Origin: a virus
Reading direction: 5' to 3' (one strand)
IMG/VR virus record: IMGVR_UViG_3300045988_107221
Span: 1 to 44,774 of that record
Length of the DNA stretch: 44,774 nt
Position 1 is the stretch's first letter, and every line of letters starts with the position of its first letter. The notes beneath the pieces are model-generated. The model was not told where the DNA came from. It did no database searches and was given only the letters and a program-made list of their open reading frames with translations. This document shows, piece by piece, positions 22,433 to 29,600 of this stretch. The position numbers and the translations under genes are program-made.

Positions 22433-22554
22433 CTGAAAGTTGCATAAAAGGAAGAAGTTTAAACCTTCTGTCAATTGTATCTTTGAAGGTGTAACCAAGG
22501 CGAATTGCAAGAACATTCGTAAGAGATAAGCTTTATTATATATACAACTATTAG

Positions 22555-22583
22555 TGTACATAGTACAACTATCGTCATATAAT
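22555..22583 (+). promoter_or_regulatory. promoter P4 (TGTACA-N17-TATAAT), part of a ~105-bp promoter-leader cassette at 22527..22631
   Basis: TGTACA (22555..22560), spacer TAGTACAACTATCGTCA, then TATAAT (22578..22583). A second TACAAC half-site at 22543..22548 pairs across the -35. Confidence 0.7.
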
Positions 22584-22628
22584 AAGAATATAAGCTAATC
22601 GCTTAATAACTTCTTAGGAGAGATTAAA

Positions 22629-22802
22629 ATGATTGAAAATGAATTATTGCTTGACTTACTGTTTGAACTCAGAGAACGTGAGGCTGATTATATTATTGAG
22701 AATGGTTGGTTTATGACATACCTCGGTAACGAGCGCATTCGCTTCAGAATTGAAGACGAAGAACAGACATGGTGGTTGTTAGATGAAATATGGAATTGGT
22801 AA
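22629..22802 (+). CDS. small acidic protein (57 aa, below cutoff)
   Basis: Translated by hand: MIENELLLDLLFELREREADYIIENGWFMTYLGNERIRFRIEDEEQTWWLLDEIWNW. RBS AGGAGAG. By my count 15 D/E against 5 K/R. Confidence 0.65.
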   Translation: MIENELLLDLLFELREREADYIIENGWFMTYLGNERIRFRIEDEEQTWWLLDEIWNW

Positions 22803-22803
22803 A

Positions 22804-22829
22804 CTGAGGGCAACCTCAGTTTTCTTTTT
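22804..22829 (+). terminator. rho-independent terminator
   Basis: Stem CTGAGG-GCAA-CCTCAG followed by TTTTCTTTTT. Confidence 0.75.
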
Positions 22830-22878
22830 ATATCTAATTGTCAGAAGATATAAGCTTTCTATATCATACAACTTTTAT

Positions 22879-22907
22879 TGTACATAATACAACTTACGTT
22901 GTATAAT
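22879..22907 (+). promoter_or_regulatory. promoter P5 (TGTACA-N17-TATAAT), part of the second copy of the promoter-leader cassette at 22851..22957
   Basis: TGTACA (22879..22884), spacer TAATACAACTTACGTTG, then TATAAT (22902..22907), with a perfect TACAAC-TTAC-GTTGTA palindrome. The upstream ATACAAC-TTTTA-TTGTA spans the -35. Confidence 0.7.
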
Positions 22908-22954
22908 TATATTATAAGCTAATCAAGCTTAATAACTTTTTGGGAGAGATTAAA

Positions 22955-23143
22955 ATGATAGACAAATTCGAAGAAATGCTTCACAACATGTATGGAAAAG
23001 GTTATGAAGATATGATTGATGTATTTATGTATGAATTACATCATCATTATAATGATGATCTTGATCTAGATAAATTATTCATCGAGTTTGGTAAGTATCT
23101 CGAAGATTGCGAGATCATGCGTGCAGCATTCAATCAAAAATAA
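22955..23143 (+). CDS. small acidic protein (62 aa)
   Basis: ATG at 22955 follows GGGAGAGATTAAA, the same leader as at 22629. The ORF-track TTG at 22940 is rejected. By my count 15 D/E against 6 K/R. Confidence 0.65.
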   Translation: MIDKFEEMLHNMYGKGYEDMIDVFMYELHHHYNDDLDLDKLFIEFGKYLEDCEIMRAAFNQK

Positions 23144-23195
23144 AAATGAGGGGCTTCGGCCCCTTACCAAATAAATACCAAAAGGGGATTTTCAA

Positions 23196-23474
23196 ATGAA
23201 ATTTAAGCTTGGCCAAGTAGTAATCACAAAAGGTGTAAATGTTAAAATTAGTGAAAGTATAGAATTTTCCAAGTTCTTCCTTGAATCAATTGCAAAATAT
23301 CGTAATTGCGATTGGGGAAACCTTGGTAACGAGGATTGGGAAATGAATGACCAAGCCGTCAAAAATGGTGACGATAGAATTTTCGCTCGGTATAATAATC
23401 AAGAGGGCGACATCTATATAATTACGGAATGGGACAGATCAATTACTACGATATTGTTTCCATCTGAATATTAA
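23196..23474 (+). CDS. small protein of the CDWG...TTILFPSEY type (family common on plasmids/ICEs, function unknown)
   Basis: 92 aa, RBS AAAGGGGA. The motif NCDWGNLGNEDWEMND...IYIITEWDRSITTILFPSEY is recalled from small ORFs that accompany anti-restriction genes on mobile elements. Not verified. Confidence 0.6.
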   Translation: MKFKLGQVVITKGVNVKISESIEFSKFFLESIAKYRNCDWGNLGNEDWEMNDQAVKNGDDRIFARYNNQEGDIYIITEWDRSITTILFPSEY

Positions 23475-23486
23475 AAGGAGGAAATT

Positions 23487-23723
23487 ATGGCAAAAAAATT
23501 AAAAGAAATGAGGCAAGCCGCCGGCTTGTCTCAATCCCAATTGGCTGAAAAAGCCAACATGAATGTCAGAACACTCCAGCACTATGAGCAGGGAAGTAAG
23601 ATTTTTGATCATGCTAGAATTGATACAATCTTGCGTGTGTGTTTGGCATTAAATTGTAAATTTGAGGATATTATTGAGAATCAAGAATATATTGATTTGA
23701 TTAAACGATATAAAGATTCTTGA
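23487..23723 (+). CDS. XRE-family HTH protein (Aca-like position)
   Basis: 78 aa. HTH LSQSQLAEKANMNVRTLQHYEQG. RBS AAGGAGG. Last gene of the plus-strand moron operon. Confidence 0.8.
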   Translation: MAKKLKEMRQAAGLSQSQLAEKANMNVRTLQHYEQGSKIFDHARIDTILRVCLALNCKFEDIIENQEYIDLIKRYKDS

Positions 23724-23749
23724 AATTTGCATGGGTTACACTGACAAAA

Positions 23750-23780
23750 ATAAAAAGGACCATTAAGGTCCTTTTTATTT
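23750..23780. terminator. bidirectional terminator between the convergent moron operon and tail operon
   Basis: Stem AAAGGACC-attaa-GGTCCTTT flanked by an A-run and a T-run. Confidence 0.8.
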
Positions 23781-23795
23781 TAAATATATTCAATT

Positions 23796-24698
23796 TTAAG
23801 CTTGACCAATCTTTGATTTTAAGGCTGTGATTTCGAGAATATTTTCAGCTTCAAGCTCTGCGTTCGTGTGGATTTCAACGGGTGATTTTGATGTGTCAAG
23901 AATATAATCATAGCCCTCTGTTAGTACTACACCATTGACATTGATGAATAAAATATCGCTTGAGGCGTACGTATAACCATCCATATCGAGTGGGAATATT
24001 CCATTTTTACTACCAATATTGATTGCTTTATGATATTTTTCGATGTATGTATTGACCTGTAGTTGATCCGTAAGAGCGGAAAACCATGTGTCAAACGCAC
24101 TTTCTTGCTGCTGCTGCCATGTCTGCATTTGCTGGTAAAATTCCTCATACGCTGTCTGCCATTGTAAAAACAATTTACTTGTGTCCACCTGCTGCACGAT
24201 GCCAGTCACCCAACCGCATACATCGTTATCCGGTCGGGTATCTTCGATATTAGCCTGACTGATCGACGTTACACCACGTCCAATGTAAATATAAGCAAGG
24301 CACATTTCTTTAATGGTTTCCGAATTTGTTATGATCGGTTTTACAGGTGCCGTTGCATTTTCACCGTCTTTTGTTGTGATTATGATAGTACGTGCTGATA
24401 AATCTAATCGAATTATAATAGCCGTATAGCGATTTAATGTGACGTGTGCAGCATTAATTATGAGTGGATAAGCAGCGGTGTTTTTAATCCACTTCGAATC
24501 GATAATAGCCCTACCCGCTCCTACTTGTACCTGCATACCTGTGCCGGCTAAAACCTGCATCGCATCGTCCACACTCTCATATACTCCGTCACTCACGAGA
24601 CCCTCAAAGTATGTACTCATTTGGTCCGCATTATATGTACGATCATAAGTTCCGTCTGATTGTTTTATTGCATTAAAAAATCCATATGTAATAGCCAT
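23796..24698 (-). CDS. distal tail / baseplate structural protein (last gene of the late operon)
   Basis: 300 aa, immediately after the Tal-like gene. No enzymatic motif recognised. Confidence 0.55.
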   Translation of the reverse strand: MAITYGFFNAIKQSDGTYDRTYNADQMSTYFEGLVSDGVYESVDDAMQVLAGTGMQVQVGAGRAIIDSKWIKNTAAYPLIINAAHVTLNRYTAIIIRLDLSARTIIITTKDGENATAPVKPIITNSETIKEMCLAYIYIGRGVTSISQANIEDTRPDNDVCGWVTGIVQQVDTSKLFLQWQTAYEEFYQQMQTWQQQQESAFDTWFSALTDQLQVNTYIEKYHKAINIGSKNGIFPLDMDGYTYASSDILFINVNGVVLTEGYDYILDTSKSPVEIHTNAELEAENILEITALKSKIGQA

Positions 24699-24701
24699 TT
24701 T

Positions 24702-25763
24702 TTACACCTCCCAAGTGCTAAAGGTTGGAACCGTTGACGTTCCGTTTTCGTCTTCACTTTCAATGATTTCTATAATTCTAGGTGTTGCACTGATCCCGTA
24801 TTCATTGATTACTTGAACAACATCGCCCAAAAAATAATCTTGATTTAAAGTGTAGTTACCATCTGGAACTACATTTCCCTCAAACGATTCTGTAAATGAC
24901 GTTGTATTTAGTTCATCTTTCCCGTAATCTTGCAGCATTTTGTAATACTGTTCCTCTGTGATAATCGCCCCGTTGCTAGATACACTAGAACCGTCAATAT
25001 ACGCTTCATATCGTTCTAAACCGCTAGAGTCGCCTATCGTGGTCGTGCGTTGATTCACACCCTCACCCTCACCTCCTATGAGTGCGGCATTTTTAAATTC
25101 CGCACGTTCGTAGGTATAAGTGGAGGCTAACAGGTTATCAAATTCGTCTGAAAATACAACAGGTAAGCGATCTTTCTGATTATATGAGCGGTCAAGTCCC
25201 TTATAGAGTTTAAAAACAAATTTACCTCCTTTGATGTACACGTCCCAACCGATACCATAAGTTTGGCAAGTGGATGTTATCCATTCATCTAGGTCGTCAC
25301 CTAATAGTTGTATATCGAATGTGTCAGCAATCCCGACTGGTTCGTCAAGGATAAAATTATCAATCTTTCGCTTTTCATCATCAGGACTGATAATATTTTC
25401 TGTAATCACTTGTCGGATACCAGTTTCAACTTTCCCCGTTAGGTTTGTCTGTTTCCAGATTACCCGACGACCAACAATGCTTTTTAGGCCACGCCCGGAA
25501 ACGGTCATGCTGTTACCGTCCTCATAGTCTGCTACTATCCTGATATTTTCAATTATCATGACGTTCTGCCACATATCTCCGTCACGGTCTTTATCGCGAC
25601 AGAGTAAGCGATCTTTTTGCAATAAATCAATATTTTTTGCAGTCGCCGGAACTACTAATTCAAATTCACTTACATTGAAATATTGCACTGTCCAGATCAC
25701 ACTCTCGAATGTATCTATCATATCAAGAATTTGAGCGGATGAATCAAGAACATAAATATCCAC
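24702..25763 (-). CDS. tail-associated protein (Tal N-terminal / siphovirus Gp37-like)
   Basis: 353 aa, GTG start. It follows Dit. The N-terminus MDIYVLDSSAQILDMIDTFESVIWTVQY is a pattern recalled from Gp37-like tail proteins. Confidence 0.6.
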   Translation of the reverse strand: MDIYVLDSSAQILDMIDTFESVIWTVQYFNVSEFELVVPATAKNIDLLQKDRLLCRDKDRDGDMWQNVMIIENIRIVADYEDGNSMTVSGRGLKSIVGRRVIWKQTNLTGKVETGIRQVITENIISPDDEKRKIDNFILDEPVGIADTFDIQLLGDDLDEWITSTCQTYGIGWDVYIKGGKFVFKLYKGLDRSYNQKDRLPVVFSDEFDNLLASTYTYERAEFKNAALIGGEGEGVNQRTTTIGDSSGLERYEAYIDGSSVSSNGAIITEEQYYKMLQDYGKDELNTTSFTESFEGNVVPDGNYTLNQDYFLGDVVQVINEYGISATPRIIEIIESEDENGTSTVPTFSTWEV

Positions 25764-25765
25764 AA

Positions 25766-26614
25766 TTACACCCCCTCAAACTGATTATTAATGATAAAAA
25801 TGCATTGCAATCTTTCTGGAAACTCATCAGCCTCATAAGTAAATACATTATCGCCTGGTATTAAATTAAACCACGTTGATCCGGCATCCAATTTTCCTAC
25901 AATGTTTGTTTGTACACCATCACGCAGAAGGGTGATAGACTTTTCTTTTTTTCGGGTATTTATTGTGATTTCATCCCCCGCTTGCATCTCAACACTTAAC
26001 GTCATACGATCGGAAGTATCCACATTATAAATTTTTGGATTTAAAACTGTCCCTAATGCATTAAGTTTGATGATAATACCAGTTTCCACGTCTCCACCGT
26101 TGATAATGGTTTTCTGAAATCGCACTGGGTGAACAGAAAACGGAATACCTGCTACCTCAATTGCAAACGGAAAAACAAACATGTTTTCTGTATTTGAAAA
26201 CTCGGTAACACTTTCTTTTACCGCTCTGAAAAGCGTCATCGGACAACTTATTTCAATTTGCGCCGTCTGCTTTTTTTCGAAATATTCAACTGAAAACTTT
26301 GAGACATATCCGTCTATGTATACATCACGCACACCATTTTTATAATAGAGGCGTACCGGGTATTTTGTTTTAAAGTAACGATACAATAACAAGCGATTAG
26401 CCTCAGCCGGTCCGTTTATCGCCATTGTAATCGTAATAACACGATTATCAATACGCGAACTATTAAATACAGAACCGTCCATATTTGCCACTTGCGTTGT
26501 ATTTATGACCCCTTCCGGGGGATAGAGGCCATCAATATCTGTGATAGTATAGCGAGGATTATTCGTTATTTCTAACTGTTCCCCGTATTTATTTTCTGCA
26601 ATAAGTGTATACAT
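25766..26614 (-). CDS. distal tail protein (Dit)
   Basis: 282 aa, directly downstream of the tape measure gene, with size and position typical of Dit. Confidence 0.65.
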   Translation of the reverse strand: MYTLIAENKYGEQLEITNNPRYTITDIDGLYPPEGVINTTQVANMDGSVFNSSRIDNRVITITMAINGPAEANRLLLYRYFKTKYPVRLYYKNGVRDVYIDGYVSKFSVEYFEKKQTAQIEISCPMTLFRAVKESVTEFSNTENMFVFPFAIEVAGIPFSVHPVRFQKTIINGGDVETGIIIKLNALGTVLNPKIYNVDTSDRMTLSVEMQAGDEITINTRKKEKSITLLRDGVQTNIVGKLDAGSTWFNLIPGDNVFTYEADEFPERLQCIFIINNQFEGV

Positions 26615-26627
26615 GCCCTATCCCTCC

Positions 26628-29600
26628 TTATATGGGTTGCGTCATGGCTTTAACCATGCTTACCTGTTGCCGTCTAGCTCTATAAGTTTCAAGTGCTGAA
26701 AGTGATTTTGGACTCGTATTATTCTGCACAAGATTGTAATTGTTTACAATCGTCTGATTATTATTTGCAATTCCATTTCCTGTACTACTTTTGACTGCAC
26801 TTCTCATATTTGGAATGTTTGTTGTCACATCAGTGAGTGGAGTGGTTACGCCACTAATAAATTTCTTTGCATTTTCCTGTACTTGTTTGATACTATCAAG
26901 CAATCCGTTTCCAAATCCTCGGCCTGTAAAAATACCGAGTTTTTCAGTAACTTTTGATGGGCTATGTATATCTAGTTCGTCTTTAAATTCATCCACCATG
27001 GCTTTTACCATCGTTTTGATCGCACTAGTCATATAGTCCGTATTCTTAGTGAGTCCAGAAGTAAATCCGGCCATGACTTGTTGTCCAATCTCTTCAAGTT
27101 GTTTTGGTAGATCTTTAAACGCTTGCTTTAAAGAATTTTGATATTCACTTGCAATATTATCGAAATCTTTCGAATAAGTTTTTTGTGCTAACTCTTCAGA
27201 TACTTTCATTTTTTCATCATAAGCATCTGAATACGCTTTTAGATCTGCATCACTCATAGATAAAAGTCTGTCCATGAAGGCGTTTCCTTGGTCCATGTCG
27301 TAACTTGCAATTTGGTCGAATAATTCCGAGGATACTTTATTTTTGACTGTTTGCAATTTATCCGCATAGTCTTTAATGCTTTGCGTCTGTGCCTTAATGT
27401 CATTAACTGTCATAATTCCGGCATCAGAGATTGTAAATAGATCACCAGCACTCTGCAATTTTGAAATCAATGTGTTTTGTTTCTCAATTAAACTGTCATA
27501 TTTTGTTTGATAGGTGTCGGTAATACCATTTATTGTATCATCGATAAGGGCCTGCGCCTGTGTTTGATACTCACTCATAGCGCTCGAAAATTCAGAAAGC
27601 ATCTGGGAAGAAGCTGTCTGATAAGCGTTGTTGAATTCTGTCTGGTCTTTAACTAACTGTTTATAGTTATTAACCTGTTTCTTTGCAGCAGACATATTCT
27701 TTTTCTGAGAAGCCATGGTCTTTTTATCGGCTGCCATTTCCTTTTTGTACGTCGCCATCTGCTTTTTATATTTCGTCTTATCAGACTTTTTCTTTGCTTT
27801 GTCGTAGCTTTTCTTTGCTTTGTTGTAGTTTTTTGACGCTTTGTCATAGCTCGTTTTTGCTTTGTCGTACTTACTCTTAGCGGTATCATATTTTTTCTGG
27901 TAAGTGCTTTGCTTACTTTCGTACTTAGACAACTGATTCTCTAAACCAGCCGTTTTTTGGTCGTTTAGATATTGCATTTTGCTAGTCATATAATTAATTT
28001 TATCTGACATCGCTTTAGAAAATACAGAACTTGCCTCACTTGCCACGCTGGAAAAATTAAAATTACTTAATCCGGCCAGTGTAGTTATGACGCTCTTAAC
28101 TGTATTTTTTACAGTGTTCGTAAGGTCTGTCTGTTCGCTTACAATCCCGTTAATGTACCCTTTCACAAAATTCTTACCGCTGTCATACGTTAACTTGGAC
28201 GGTGAACCCTCTTTTTGCGCGTCCCGTAAGGATTGTACGGACTGTACACCCATCTGCGCCGCGGACTGTACGGCGGCTTTTGTCATAGACTGAATACCGT
28301 TTGTATAACCCTGTCCGAAATATTTACCGGATTGTGTCGTTAACTTGGACGGTGAACCCTCTTTTTGTCCTTTTTTCAGTCCAGCCCATGCCTTTTTAGC
28401 TAGAGACTCGGCTTTAGAATACGCTGCACTTACGAGTGAACCGATACCATTGATAAAACCTTGTGCAAAATTTGTACCGGAACTATATGCACTTACGGAA
28501 CCGGCTCCACTTTTGGCGTTATCTCCTAACGATTTACCCTTACTTCTCGCGGTTCCTGTCTTACTTCCTACGCCGCTAGCGTATTCTGTACCTGCTTTTG
28601 CACCTGTTTTGTGCATCCCGCCGGAACCGCTTTTTGCACCGGTGTCGGCACTCTTTCCGATTGTCTGACCGGCTTTCTGGTTCTGTCCTTTTGTATCCGA
28701 TACTCCGGCGGCGTGATTCTTACCGGCTTTTGTTCCGGTCGCTTTCGCACTCTTTGCTCCGTTTGCCTGTCCGGTGACTACGGCTTTACCGTCTGCCTGT
28801 CCTGCCTTTTTATTCGCGCCGGTCGTACTCTTTGCGCCCGTGGCGTGGTCTTTACCTGGCTTCTTCCCGGCGGCTTTCGCACCTTTAGAACCTTCTTTTT
28901 GTCCGTCAACGGTGGCTTTTCCTAATGCTTTACCCGCTTCTTCCGCGGTCGTTTTCCCGGCTAAAATCTGTTTGACAAGGTTATTGACTGTATTTGTTCC
29001 GTCCTGTCCAGCTTTTGCCGCTACATCCTTAAAGGATACCGCGTCATTGATTAATTTCGCGGCTTGGTCTACGCTGGTTTTTCCTGTTGCAATCCCTTGC
29101 ATGAGTGATTGTGGGATTTGCTTTCCAGTGATACCGGCTTGCGTCAATGTCTGTTTAAAATCAATCGCGGTTTGTAACTGCTTTGTTGCGGTATCCACAC
29201 TGATTTTTCCGCTTGCGATTCCGTTTGCTAACGATTTAGGCACTTCCACACCCGCATTTTTCGCCTTAGTCACAACGTCGCTAGAATTAAAATCTAACGC
29301 ACTTTGTAACTGTTTCGTGGCCTGTTCAACGGACACTTTACCGCTCGCGATTCCATCCCGTAACGATTTAGGTATTTTTATACCTGCTTCTTTTGCGGCG
29401 GCTAACGTCTGTGAATTGTCAAATTTCGCGATATTTGAAAGGCGGTTCACTGCCTCCTGCGCGGAAATTTCGCCGCTGGAAATTCCCTCGGCTAAGCTTT
29501 TCGGGATTTTCACGCCGTCAACTTTCGCCTGTTTTGCCAGATTGTCAAACTTAATAAGGTTTTCCATACCCTCAACGGTGGATGGTACTTCATACTGACC

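Noticed and set aside
23148-23168. Hairpin GAGGGGC-TTCG-GCCCCTT after the 62-aa ORF, considered as a terminator
   Set aside because: The stable stem is followed by ACCAAATAAAT rather than a T-tract, and the next gene follows 28 nt later. It is more likely an mRNA-stabilising or processing hairpin than a terminator.
28774-29598. 274-aa plus-strand ORF, with neighbours at 28087..28925, 29605..30654 and others, inside the tape measure gene
   Set aside because: These ORFs lie entirely antisense to a well-supported 1889-aa CDS. Their A/F/P/S/C-rich low-complexity translations mirror the K/A/G-rich repeats, and no RBS is present. They are artefacts of the biased composition.
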